A stretch of DNA of 64,000 nt from Octopus vulgaris (taxonomy: Eukaryota), in assembly GCA_951406725.2 (NCBI GenBank), contig OX597818.1, forward strand, positions 108,500,001 through 108,564,000, in the 5' to 3' direction. Position 1 is the first letter of the stretch. Every line of letters starts with the position of its first letter. A program made the position numbers and the translations under genes. A model generated the notes under the pieces. It searched no databases and was not told where the DNA came from. It worked only from the letters and a program-made list of their open reading frames with translations. Shown here one piece after another: positions 48,271-61,630 of the stretch.

Positions 48271-49254
48271 ATAAGAATTTATCAAGTAGTCAGTGTGAAA
48301 AATCTTATAAGGGAAACATTCATAATTATTCCCTTTAAATATATTTATTTATATTCAGGGCATTACTATACGTAAATGCCTCATGCTATAAGGGACTCTT
48401 AAAGTCAAAACTACTATAATAAATACAGTGTACCGAATGCGAGGGAATGCAAATCTTAAACCGAATTCTTAAAAAGAGATTCACCGCAAATCATACATGA
48501 TTTCATAGTTAGTGTACAAAATACACTTTCTAATCATCAGTGCAAACATAATCAAGGCACATAGAAATGAACAAAAAAAAAATCAACGTACCAGACGAAC
48601 ACCAAATGTATCCAGCATTGTACATAAAACTGTTCACTCTTATACATGTATGTAAGAGGCTGGCTTTTTGAATTGCATCTTGGTACACGTGTATATTCAG
48701 AATAAATTCAGCACTGAATATATTTCGGTTAAATTAAAAATTTAAAAATAGGATAAAATCTATATAAGAATTTATCAAGTAGTCAGCATGAAAAATCTCA
48801 TAAACCCTATGAAAGCATATATGATTTGTGGCTGAATTAATTATAGAACAATTAATTGGCCAAGTACTCCACAGATGCAGATTTTTATCTAGCCACCAAC
48901 ACAACTCAGTAAAATATTACATGAAAAGACACAGAACCAAAATGCAGATAGACTCCATGAGGAAGATTCTTCACAGTTTCCACTGACCCAATTTCTGACA
49001 CAGATCAGCCTGAGGCAAGAGTGGTGATACTTGCCCAAGATGTCATTCAGTGATGTAGAAAGCAGAATCATCTAATTGAAAAGTGAATATATTAATCAGT
49101 CAACTGTGAATCCATTAGGACAGACTTTAATTACTGAAAGGCAGGCAGGCAACAGAGTTGATTTCATTATAACATAGCTTTGGGACATGGAAAGCTGAAC
49201 TCTGAGATGATAATTGTATTTACGTATATACATAGCCTAAGTAAGAGTGATTGT

Positions 49255-49632
49255 GTACACAGACAGACAGGCAGATAGACAGACAGATGGATAGACAGAC
49301 AGGCAAACAGACAGACAGGCAAATAGATAGAAAACAGACAGACAGATAGGCTGGCAGGCGGGCAGACAGACAGGCAGGCAGGTAGGCAGACAGATAGATA
49401 GATGGAGAGACAGGCAGACAGACAGACAGACAGGCAGGCAGGTAGACAAACAGACAGAGAGGCAGACAGGCAGGCAGGCAGATAGATAGATAGACAGGCA
49501 GACAGATAGATAGACAAGCAGACATACAGGCAGACAGAAAGATAGATAGACAGGCAGACAGACAGATAGCTACATAGACAGACAGACTGACAGATTGATA
49601 GACAAGCAGACAGACAGACAGACAGGCAGATT
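49255..49632. repeat. (GACA)/(GGCA)/(GATA) tetranucleotide array
   Basis: Seen directly. Confidence 0.95.
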
Positions 49633-49879
49633 GTTGGGTAACTATTAGGAGAAGGAGCACTCATCACAAAAGCTGAGTGCCATAATTCACGGAGGCCAGT
49701 CCAGTGACCTGACTGTGTATGTGATGGGGTTTCAGGATTGTGACCTCATATTTACCTGCAGAGTTTCTCATAGCTGACTCATCTCCAGTGGCCCATGAGA
49801 CAGTAAACTCCTCTGGAGAGCCTACCGTTCATTATTTTATCCATTCAAGATGAAGAAGGCTCAGCAGTTGTAGCAGAGA

Positions 49880-49897
49880 TGGCCAGCAGATGGCAAT
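49880..49897 (+). promoter_or_regulatory. CTCF-like motif
   Basis: TGGCCAGCAGATGGCAAT resembles the bilaterian CTCF core CCASYAGRKGGC; single motif, no functional evidence. Confidence 0.3.
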
Positions 49898-50264
49898 TTG
49901 CATGGAACATAAGCTGTTAGGAAATTATAAATTATAATATTAAGTTAAACAGTTTTTCATGCTGCACTGTAAGGTCAGGATGAAGTCCATTGTCAAAATA
50001 GGTGATATTAGCCAAAACTGTGAAACTATAACAAATTGGCTAGACCTTGGCAAACCTTTATAAGCAGAGATAATTGTAACCCCGAGTTTTTTGTGACTGT
50101 TTTTTCTGTGAGACAAAATTGTTCAATTGGATTCTGGAAGCTATGATTGCCTGTTAAGTTTAATGCACATTGTGCTTTGTGTTAGGCATTTATGGATTTA
50201 TTTTATGCTCCAGGAATTCGCTAGAACTTTTGTGTCAGATTTAAAATAATTTCCATGTCACATC

Positions 50265-50490
50265 TGGGTCCAGGGTTTGAAAACTGAATTTGTACTAAAA
50301 TGGAAATCCAGATTTTATGAAATCCAAATTTTTGGAATCCATATGTTTTGAAAAACCAAATTTGTGAGGCCAGGTTTTGTGTGAGGCCAATTTTGGTAAA
50401 ACCAAAATTTGTGAATCCAGGGTTACGGATCCAAGGCTTTGAAATTAAGTCGGTGAAGCCAGGTTTCTGAGTTCAAATTTCTGAAATATT
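50265..50490. repeat. Degenerate ~15-16-bp tandem array
   Basis: Recurrent GAAATCCAGATTTT / GAGGCCAGGTTTT / GAATCCAGGGTT units. Confidence 0.6.
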
Positions 50491-52225
50491 TTGACTGCAC
50501 GTCTGGTGTGGCATTGGTTTATTTTTGTTCATATATATTTGTTTTTGTATGTAGGCTTTTTTTTTAATGCTGACAATTGTTAATAATATTTTACAAAAGA
50601 CTTTGTGGTGTGTTGTTGTTTTGGGTTCACCCGATCCTCATTGATTTTGTAAATTCAGGCTATGGCCACCAATTACAGACATGTTTCACACCAAGAAAGG
50701 AATTTTGCAAAAGTAGGTTGTTTATGCCTGTCTGTTTTAACTTGTATTCAGAGGAGGTGAGGCATATGTCAAGGGATGATCACAGCTGGACCAGTGTTCA
50801 TCAATGGCTGGCAGCTAAACTACCATTCCTTATACTAATGATATCATACTGATGGCTACAGCATTGGCTAAACCCTGAGAACTGATCACCAAAAAGATCA
50901 AGATCATTAGAGTTACCAGGAAACTGGAAGAGCTTGCCATTTGATGCAAATGGATCAAGCCAGACCAGGTTGATAATTTCAAGCACCTGGTTTCTATTGT
51001 CGATCAAACAGTATGTAGCCAGGAAGATGAGCCTTGAGGTCCTCAATACAATATGAACAGATTGAAACTTCAGCAAAAACATCAAGCTTGGTCTGGCCAT
51101 TATGAGTTGTGTGTGTGTGTGTGCTTGCATGCTTGTATTATTAAAATTATGAGTCTAACAAAATACATTTTGTTTCAACCAAAGAACACATTAGGGAGCA
51201 GAGACCCTAATGGGTCTCTTGTCAATGATAGTCACTTACAGCTATTTGCAGAATATCATATAAATATCATATAAATACTACTACTACTACTGATAATAAT
51301 AATTATAATCATAATGATAATAATAATAATAATCATCATCATCATTATAGGATGGTAATGATAGAAGTGATGATGAAAGATAAAAATGTAAAATAAAAAA
51401 TAAAAAAACAATAAAGTTTTATTATCGCTATTTTCTATCTTTCTTTCTACTTATCTGTCTTTCATCACCAGAACCACCAACTTGTGGTTTTTCAATCTAC
51501 ACATCTCTCTTTCTCACCATTAATCCTTACATTATTTTAGGTTGTTTGTGGTTGTGTATGTAAGTGTGTGTAGCTGCGTGTCTGTGTGTGTGTCTGTGTA
51601 CTTTTGTTGATATTTTCAATTTATATTTTTTTAATTTTATCTCAACACTTATTTCTATATTTTTCACTTATTTTGATTTAAATTTCAATATTTATTTTTC
51701 TCTTTCATCTTTCTCATTACTAAAACCCATTACTATAATTTATTCCTTTATTTTTCATTATCATTTTTATTCTTATTTTCTATATTTCCATTATTACTTT
51801 TGTTATCTATAAGTCATACTAATAGGAATGTATCTCACTCTGCCACTACCTGTAAGTGGTACACACTACACATAGGTCTCTGATCCCTGACAAGTCTATC
51901 AGCATTATTTAAGCATATACAAGTATGTGTATATATGTTTGTAAAATCATGACCATCCATGCATACGGGCATGTCCCCTACATTCCTCCTTCAGCCAAGA
52001 GATCCTAGTCTTGTGGGCTCGTGGGTGTTGGTGCCATGTAAAAGCCTTAATGCCAATGTCACATAAAAGCACCCAGTCCATTCTCTGAAGTGGTTGGCAT
52101 TAGGAAGGGCATCCAGCTGTACAAACCCAGCCAAAGCAGGCAATTGAAGCCTGGTGCAACTCTCCCACTGGCTACCTCCTGTTGGACTGTCCATCCCATG
52201 CCATAGACATTAAATGATAATGATG

Positions 52226-52267
<42 letters not shown>

Positions 52268-52804
52268 CCAACTAAGTGTGGCAGTCCCATTGAGGACGAT
52301 GCTACTGTTGTTTTTAGCCCCAGGAGGACATCTCATCCAGCTGGGCTAACGTGCTTGTGTTGACCCGCCAAGCCAAGTGAGACTGTAGCCATGGCTGATA
52401 ACAATGTCAGGTCAATAGCATCCATGCCAGTGGCACATAAAATGCACTAACTACATTCTCAGAGTGGTTGGTGTTCGAAAGGGCATCCAACTGTAGAAAC
52501 GTTGTCAAATCAGATTGGACCCTGGTATTGCCCCCGGCTTGCCAGTTTTCAGTTAAACTGTCCAACCCATGCCAGTATGGAAAGCGGACGTTAAACGATG
52601 ATGATGTATATAAGTGGCCATCCATTTGTTATGACGAGTGTTCCAGTTGATCTGATTGCCAAAACAATCTACATATGAAAGAAACACATAAGTGGCTGAG
52701 TACTCCATAGACATGTGTACCCTTCACATAGTTCTGAGGGAGATTCAGCATGTCACAGAATGGGTTAGTCCTTTGAAATACAGGTACTACCCATTTTTTT
52801 TTCC

Positions 52805-53197
52805 TACTCCAGGCACAAGGGCTGAAATTTGGGAGGAGGAAGCCAGTCAATTAGATTGACCCCAGTATGCAACTGGTACTTAACTTATCGACCCTGAAAG
52901 GATGAAAGGCAAAGTCGACCTTGGTGGAATTTGAACTCAGAATGTAAAAACAGAAAAAAATACCTATTTCTTTACTACCCACAAGGGGGTAAACACAGAG
53001 GAAACACACGAGGACAGACAAACGGATTAAATCGATTACATCGACCCCAGTGCGTAACTGGTACTTATTTAATCGACCCCGAAAGGATGAAAGGCAAAGT
53101 CGACCTCGGCAGAATTTGAACTCAGAACGTAACAGCAGACGAAATACAGCTACGCATTTCGCCCGGCGTGCTAACGTTTCTGCCAACTCACCACCTT
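52805..53197 (-). mobile_element. SINE family A dimer (young copy 53197-52965 joined to the 3' part of an older copy)
   Basis: Junction AAAGAAATA|GGTATT at 52965/52964, the same internal position as in the 5394 dimer. Confidence 0.85.
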
Positions 53198-55359
53198 AGG
53201 GACTTCCCATTTTTGCCACCTCAGTGCACTGGAACAATGGGAAATGAAGTGTCTTGCTCAAGAACACAATGCACTGCTGGCAATTGAACTTGTGACCTTA
53301 TGATCATGACCGAAATACCCTAACCACTAAACCACTTATATATACATGTATACACACACACACGCACACATGCATGCACATACACCATGAAATGAAAAGA
53401 TAGTATTACATTAGATTGGTGTATGCTCAGTGTTCTCCACCACCACCATCCATGCCATGTTATTCCCTTCCCCTCTACCTTTCCAACTCATAATCTTTAA
53501 GTGGGACTTGACAGCATCATCTCTGTGATATCAAAATGCACCCTATCAGTTTCCCAACTTGATCTGCCCTCCATTGCTCATTCCTCCTCCTCCACCTCCC
53601 TCAGGCAGTGGCATCCATTCCTTATAAATCAGAATAACATTACAGACATCACCGGTTCGACTGCCTCACTGATCACATCTGGATGTCTTCCATAAGCGTT
53701 TCGTTTGTGAGATTCAAGTGCAAGAAAGGTGACAATGTTGCACCTGTGTAAAAGAGTGAAAAACCGTCCAAATTAATGCGTTGTTGCCATGAAGACAAGA
53801 AGCAAATAAGAAACACGATTCAATAGAGCAACAGTTGCTGCTTCAAGCTGATGCCATTTCTGTTGGCTTCCCTAGTCACGAGCATGCTGACTGGTGGGAA
53901 GAAGATGAAATAAAATCGGTGTTAATAAATTCTTTAAGATTATTTCTCTGCTATTCCTACAAGAACTTCATCCAAAGTTCACACTTATACCTTAACCCAT
54001 TGGTGGCATCGCATGGGGAATAGTGAGTGGCAAGAGCATCCACCTTATTTCAGGATCATTTCTGGCGATTAAACGACTATCTGGGTGGACATAGGTATTG
54101 TCCGAAATTAGTTGTGCAGTCATCGCCACATCAGCGTTTCTGCGTTGCTGAAATGAAAGGTGAGAGAGAGAAAAGAGAACCATTAAAGTTATACATTTTA
54201 AACCTAGAATTCTTGGAATGGTAAAAATGTCTTGGCAGTTAGTAGCATTATGCTTAAATCTTACAAATGTGCTCCCTTTGCCACTCTCGATATTTTTAAA
54301 AGAGAAAGAGAAAAGGGGAAAAGATAAAGAGAAAAAGAAAGTATTGAACCCAACCCTGGTATTTTAAACATCACCCACAAAATGATGAAAGGCAAAGTTG
54401 ACATTGACAGGATTTGAACCTGGAATACAGACATCCAGAACAAATACCACATGACATTCTATTCAATGCTCTAATAATGCTGACAGTTAACACATACATG
54501 CACACATACACAGAAACATTGTTTCTCCTACATGTATGCTAGTTCCACAAAAAGAGCACCTGTGCTGGTGCCACATAAAAAATACTCAAGCCAGTGCCAA
54601 CATTGGTGCTGGAACCATGTAATAAACACCTGTGCTGGTGCTACATAAAAAGGACCTGAGCCAGTCCTACATGAAAAGGACCTGTGTTGGTGCCACATAA
54701 AAAGTACTTATGCTGGTATCATGTAAAAATGCTACCAGCCCACTCTGTAAATTGTTTGGGTTTAGGAAGGTCATCCAGCTGTAGAAACTTGGCCAAAACA
54801 GACCATGGGACCTGGTGCGACTCCTGGCCTTGCCAGCTCCTGTCAAACTCCAATATGTACCAGCATGGAAACGGATGTTAAATGATGATGATGATGGTGG
54901 TGGCGGTAGTGGTGGTGGTGGCGGCGGTGGCGGCGGCAGTGGTGATAATGATGACAATGACAACGACGACCCATCTTCAGTTACTTCATTATTTCTCACA
55001 TGCTTTTCCAGCATTGAAAGTCATTTGCCAATGAAGACAAAGTATGAAAGATTTATGTATGCTGCTGCTGCAGCTGATGATGATGATAGATGATGATGCT
55101 GGATGATGTCACGTATTATTCCAGGGTGGTCAGTATTGGAAGTTCACTTGACCAGTGAAAGTAATGAAGTAAGTCTTAAGCCCAATCTAATTAAAATCAC
55201 ATCAGTAGTGCAACTGGAAGAAGCTGGATTATTTCATGCTCAACACATTCCTTTCGCTTCTTACAATTTCTCTCATTATCCGATGTTGCTTCACAAGTCC
55301 AGTTTCTATTAATAAATATTGGATTCTGACATCTATTAAGAAATGGCAGAATTCTATGC

Positions 55360-55702
55360 CAGCATCACCATATTCTTCATCATTGTTTTCGTTATAATGA
55401 TCATCTGTATTGTCGTCGTCATCATTATTTTCCTCTTCCTCCTCCTCCTCCTCCTCATCATCATCATCATCATTGCAATCATCACCATCATCATCATCTC
55501 ATTCATTATCATCATCATCATCATCATCGTCATCATCATCATCGTCATCACCACCACCACCACCATCATCATCATTATCATCATCATCATCATCACCACC
55601 ACCATCATCATCATCATCATTATTATCATCATCATCATTATCATCATCACCATCATCATCTCACTCATCATCATCATCATCATCCTAGCCACCACCACTA
55701 CT
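55360..55702. repeat. (CAT)n microsatellite
   Basis: Seen directly. Confidence 0.95.
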
Positions 55703-57046
55703 CCACTATGATGCTCTGTAAGTAACACTCTCCCAGAGCAAGCTTCTACAGTTGCCGTCCACTTTGTTCCCAACATCACAATACATGCCACCACCCCCCA
55801 TTTTACCAAAACCTTTCCTTCTCCACTCTGCCAATCATACACATCAAGCACAAAAATGCCCCCAGTCCATACACATCAATACAGTTACTGATCCCTTTTA
55901 AATTACTTCCATTGCCCTTATATTTTGTTCCCCACAACTATCCTCTTTTCCTTACAAAATTTCTTCATGCTTGACTCAACCCCAACCTCTGGAAGCATTC
56001 CATAGTGTGTCCCTTCTCCAAGAACTTCAGCCTCTCAGATGCCGTCTCTAAATTTCTACAACTCAAAAATCAATCAACTTTTTTGCCAGGGTTTCTCATT
56101 CATTTTTCTGCCTACGGAGCCTGCTTTGGTTTCCTTTTTTGCTCTACTGGACCCCTAAAGCTATTTGATGTTTTAAAACAGTCACATTATATTTTTATAA
56201 TGAAATATTCTTAGGAATTGTTTAAAAAATTGTTAAACTATTTCGTGTTTGGTAGAAGTATAACCGATTTATTGGAAGATAAATTTTATAAACAAAATCT
56301 GATTTGGGGCCCCAAGAGTCATGGTTCCTGGTTGAGAACCACTGTTCTGCCCCTTGAATCAGTTTCCTTCTTGACTGACTAAAGCCTTGTGAGTGAATTT
56401 GGTAGATGGAAGCTAAAATAAGCTTGTCGGATACTTGTGTGTGGGAGGGGGGTAATGTGATGGAATAGGGACTTCAAATTTGGACAGTTACCTTATGAGC
56501 GCTCTGATACAATCCAGATCTGGCTAACCACATTAACTGATAGAAAACATTCAGAAGTGTTTAAGATAAACAAAAAATCAAAATCGTAGCAATGGCCATT
56601 TCCCCCTGACAGGCTCCTGTACTGGTGGCACATAAAATGCACCATCCAAACATGACCAATGCCAGGCCCACCTGACTAGCTCCTGTGCTGGTGGCATGTA
56701 AAAAGCACTCACTACACTCTTGGAGTAGTTGGTATAAGGAAGGGCATCCAGCTGTAGAGACTTTGCCAGGTCAGATTGGAGCCTGGTACAGCCTTCTGAC
56801 TTGCCAGACCCCAGTCGAACCGTCCAACCCATGCCAGCATGGAAAACGGACATTAAACGATGATGATGATGATGAATTAAACTGAACTTCACACAACAGG
56901 GAAATCCTGAGTTCACTTCATTGCATTTCAGAGGATGTAAAGAAGATATCAAAAAGGAAAATGGGGAATTATGTAACTTGCAAATTTATTTATCAAAATA
57001 TTTTATTCGTGTTCCATTCCGATGCATATTTCTGATAGATAAGCGA

Positions 57047-57208
57047 TTATTTACATAATTTACATTTGACGGATATTTGTCCTCATCTTGTTTTTGTTAA
57101 CACATTTCGGCTGATATACCCTCCAGCCTTCATCAGGTGTCTTGGAGAAATTTTGAACCTGGGTTTTCATTCCTAAGGTATTTTTCGATGTTATTATTAT
57201 TATCATCA

Positions 57209-57242
<34 letters not shown>

Positions 57243-57381
57243 CATTATTATTATTAGACACCTAATGAAGGCTGGAGGGTATATCAGCCGAAACATTGTG
57301 TTAACAACAAACAAGATGAGGACAAATATCCATCAAATGTAAATAATGTACATAATTCCTAATCTCTTAAATATAGAACTG
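57047..57381. mobile_element. Inverted pair of family 1 Penelope-type repeats with hammerheads at 57099-57141(-) and 57257-57302(+)
   Basis: Minus copy runs into (TTA)n; plus copy starts at AGACAC (stem I) and ends ATATAGAACTG. Confidence 0.85.
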
Positions 57382-57598
57382 AAGTGTCCTGTTGTCCTTT
57401 GAAAGCAATTGTATGAGTGACGCTTTCAATAAAGCTGATTAGGATTGTCAACCTTTAGATTTGAATGTGTTCCAACTAGATACACATATATGAAAGGACA
57501 CTAGGGATACTCATCCAGCAGAGACATGTGTCAGAAGGGAATGCAAAGAAAATGCTTTGATGAATACATTTTGATGATGCACAACTCTTCATTCTTCG

Positions 57599-57630
<32 letters not shown>

Positions 57631-57716
57631 TTCTAATATAGGATAAATTTTTTTTTTCAAAAAAATTTCATGAAGTGGCCAGCATATTAAAATACCTTTT
57701 AAGGTGAAAATTGTAG

Positions 57717-58030
57717 ACAATTATAAATAAGGGCAAAAGAAAAACAGTTCTATGCCAATTTGCTGAGAAATAGACTTTAAGTCATCAATCACCGCATACA
57801 ATATACATCACTATAAATACACATCATGGAAAAATCCGTTAGATTAATCCCGAAATCTATTGATACAGAGATAACACATTTTTTAAAAACCTTCTGTTAG
57901 TTTGCTTTCCTTGATTCAACAGGATGCATATTTATAGTGATGTATATTGTAAGTGGGGATTGACAAATTAAAGTCTATTTCTCAGCATATTGGCACAGAA
58001 TCTTTTTCTTTTGCCCTTATTTATAATTGT
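57717..58030. repeat. Inverted repeat, arms ~115 bp, spacer ~80 bp
   Basis: ACAATTATAAATAAGGGCAAAAGAAAAA...CATCACTATAAATA versus TATTTATAGTGATG...TTTTGCCCTTATTTATAATTGT. Confidence 0.85.
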
Positions 58031-58214
58031 GTGTGTGTGTATACATATATAAATATACATATATATAATCATCATCATCATCATTTAATGTCCGTTATCC
58101 ATGCTGGCATGGGTTGGACAGTGTGACCAAAGTTGGGAAGCTGCACCAGACTCCAGTCTGATTTGGCAGGGTTTCTATAGCTGGATGCTTATAATGCGGG
58201 TGCTTTTACATAAA

Positions 58215-59498
58215 TCAGGTCATCCCATAAGTTCTGTCCGATTTTACCTTTTTTAAATATTGAATGAAATTTTATAGTATTTTAGAATGTCTAATGGAAT
58301 TAAAAATTATTTTTATGCATTTGTGTACATTTAAACTAATTAAATATTACTTTACAGAATAATAGAATTAAAATTTCTTTGATTAAAACCCTTTCTAACA
58401 TGGAAGTATCCAAAGAGCATTTGAGGCACATAATGCTTTATGAGTACAAAAATGGAAACTCTGCAGCTGAAGCGACTCGAAACATACACTCAGTTTATGG
58501 GAAAGAATGCTTGAATGAAAGAACTTGCAGAAGATGGTTTGCAAAATTCAGAAGTGGAGATTTCAGCCTTGAAGATGAAGATCAAACAGGACGTCCAGTT
58601 GAGTTTGATGATAAGCTCCTTGAGGCATTACTTGAAGAAAATCCTGCATTATCAGTTGAAGAAGTGGCAATATAACTTAGTTCAAACCATACAACTGTTC
58701 ATTGTCATCTTCAACAACTTGGAAAGGTTCCTAAACTTGGAAAATGGGTGCCTCATGAATTGTCTGAAAGCAACTGCAAATCCCAAGTTGACATCTGCTC
58801 TTCTCTCCATTCTCGCGAACTCATTTCACCCTTTTTGGGTAGACTTGTGACTGGTAATGAAAAATGAATCTTCTATCGAAATGTTAAACGTCGTAAACAG
58901 TGGCTTGGTAAAAGGGAAAAGGCTCAACCACAACCGAGAAGGGAACTTCATGGGAAAAAGGTTCTTCTCTCTATCTGGTGGGATTGCAAAGGAGTAATTC
59001 ACTTTGAATTGTTACCACCTAATGCAACAATCAATGCTCAAGTCTACTGTCAGCAATTAGAGCATTTGAACCAAGCTTTGAAGAAAAAAAGACCCGCTTT
59101 AGTGAATCGAAAAGGAGTGATGTTTCATCAGGACAATGTGCAACCCCACACTGCAAAGATCACATCACAGAAGATCGAAAAGCTTGGTTGGGGAAAAATT
59201 CCTCATCCACCTTATTCTCTTGACCTTGCTCCTTCAGACTACCATTTGTTTCGTAGTTTACAGAATCATTTGGGGGACAGAACTTTCACAAGCCAGGAGG
59301 AAGTCAAAACTGGCATTTCAGAGTTCTTTGCTTTGAAACCAAAAGTGTTTTACATTGATGGGATTAAAAAGTTTGTAAATAGATGGAAGGAAGTCATAGA
59401 TAATCAGGGAAAGTACATTGATGATTAAATTTCAATTAATCATTTGATCACTTGTTTTCTTTATTGAAAATTTGCACAGAACTTATGGGATGACCTGA
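58215..59498 (+). mobile_element. Full-length mariner (DD34D) element, inactivated
   Basis: TIRs TCAGGTCATCCCATAAGTTCTGT at both ends, TA on the right. Single frame 58400-59428 with WVPHEL, VTGNEK*, HQDNV, YSLDLAPSDYHLF and two in-frame stops. Confidence 0.96.
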
Positions 59499-59747
59499 TA
59501 TATGTATGTATGTATGTATGTCATAATAATAATGATAATAATAATCGTCATCATCATCATTTAACATCTGTTTTCCATGCTGGCATGGGTTGGATGCTTT
59601 GACTGGAGCTGGTAAGTCAGAGAGCTGCACCAAGCGCCATTGTCTGTTTTGGCATGGTTTCTATGGCTGGATGCTCTTCCTAATGCCAACCACTTTACAG
59701 AGTGGCACTGGGGGCTTTTTATGTGGCACCAGCACACTAAATGATAT

Positions 59748-60150
59748 ACCTTTTACCCTTTACTTGTTTCCAGCATTAGACTATGGCCATGCTGGGGCAC
59801 CACTTTGAGGAATTTTCCTTCAGATGAATCGACTCCAGTACTTATTTGATTTTTAAGCCTGATACTTATTCTATCAGTCTCTTTTGCTGAACTGCTAAGT
59901 TATGGGGACATAAACACACCAACACAGGTTGTTAAGAAGTAGTAGGAGACAAACACTGACACAAGGACACACTCAAACTAACACACACAGATACGTGATG
60001 GGTTTCTTTCAGTTTCCATCTACCAAATCCAGCTCACAAGGCTTTGGTTGACCTGAGGCTATAGTGGAAGACACTTGCCCAATGTGTCATGCAGTGAGAC
60101 TGAACCTGGGACCTTGTGGTTGGGAAGCAAACTTCTTACTACACAGCCAG
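59748..60150 (-). mobile_element. Near-complete SINE family C
   Basis: tRNA head, CORE-like segment, 3' part ending GTCTAATGCTGGAAACAAGTAAAGGGTAAAAG; 3' fragments at ~4940-5060, 27780-27860, 43400-43570. Confidence 0.75.
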
Positions 60151-60637
60151 AAGTGATGTATATTACGTATAATCACTTATCTTTAGTTCAACAGTCGCTG
60201 ATGAGGTGAATAGTCACAAAATCACCAAAATGTCTCATAAGGCATGTTGTGATAAATATTCCATTTCATTTTTATGTGATTTATTTGAGGTTCATTTTTC
60301 TTCATTTAATTTACAGGCATAAAATCATAGCACTGCCTACCTGCTGAGTTGTTGAGCACTCCCAACGTTTGAATATCTTGCTTAGATGGTCTAAAATTGC
60401 ATTGTCTGGTTTCATGTGTCTGTCTTTTATATGTGCATGTACTTATATGCACATGTGCATGTGTGTGTGTGTGCATTTGTGTGTATGTGTTTGCTCATTC
60501 TCTCTTTTCTTTCACTGTCCCTCTCACTTCTCTGTTACCTCTGCCTTCTTTTACTTTCATTTTATCTGACTTATTATTGACAAAAATGTATTAAATATTT
60601 GAAGAGGAACAGTATTCTAATCCTTCCCTTTCATTAC

Positions 60638-60701
60638 CTTTCTCCCTCTCTCTCTCATTCTCTTTCACTTTCACTCTCTCTCTCTCTCTCATTCTGTTTC
60701 A

Positions 60702-60734
<33 letters not shown>

Positions 60735-60756
60735 ATTCTCTTTCACTTTCTCTCAT

Positions 60757-60787
<31 letters not shown>

Positions 60788-60867
60788 ATTCTCTTTCACT
60801 CTCTCTCTCTCTCATTCTCTCTCTCTCATTCTCTCTCTCTCATTCTCTCTCTCATTCTCTTTCACTT

Positions 60868-60899
<32 letters not shown>

Positions 60900-60933
60900 T
60901 CTCATTCTCTTTCACTTTCCCTCTCTCTCTCAT

Positions 60934-60995
<62 letters not shown>

Positions 60996-61032
60996 TCATT
61001 CTCTTTCACTTTCTCTCTCTCTCTCTCTCTCT
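60638..61032. repeat. (CT)n array with CATT/TTTCACTT interruptions
   Basis: Seen directly. Confidence 0.95.
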
Positions 61033-61497
61033 TAGAGATAAAATTCACATCCTACAATCTGTGTTTAATACAAGTTGCTGTATAAAATTATTCTAACAGT
61101 TATATCTTGCCAAAAATTGTAGGGAGTTAAGATTCCATTAGATTCAAGCCGCGTCTATCTGTGGCTATGATTAACCCATTCTAGAGCTTCTACAAAACAA
61201 AGGAATTTCTGATGGTGACAGTTCTTTACAGCAATAGATCTAAGTTATCTAAAGACTGTGATTGTTTGTGATTTCTGCTAATCACTTCTTCTGGCACCAA
61301 GAACAATGGTAAACAGCCTTTCAGGACAGAAAATTAATGACAATCAGAAACATTTATACAAGAGTAGGGATCTCTCTGAAGAATATCAGCAAAGGAATAC
61401 GCAGCCAACATTGGTTGGTGTCGTTGTTATTATTCGTTGTCATTGTTGCATCTGTTGTTGTTTTTGAGGTTACAAGTGATGGGAATACAACAGGTAT

Positions 61498-61630
61498 TGG
61501 TGGTGGTGGTGACGATGGTGGTAGTGGTGGTGGTGGTGGTGGTGGTGGTGGTGGTGGTGGTAGTGGTGGTGGTCATCGTTGTCGTCGTCGCTGCCATCAT
61601 GGCAGTAGTGGTTGTAGCGATGGTGGCAGC
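61498..61630. repeat. (GGT)n microsatellite
   Basis: Seen directly. Confidence 0.9.

Noticed and set aside
50660-56190. Additional LINE relics at ~50660-51090, 53400-53930 and 55740-56190 (also ~28930-29320)
   Set aside because: Only faint motif resemblance; too decayed to call by eye.
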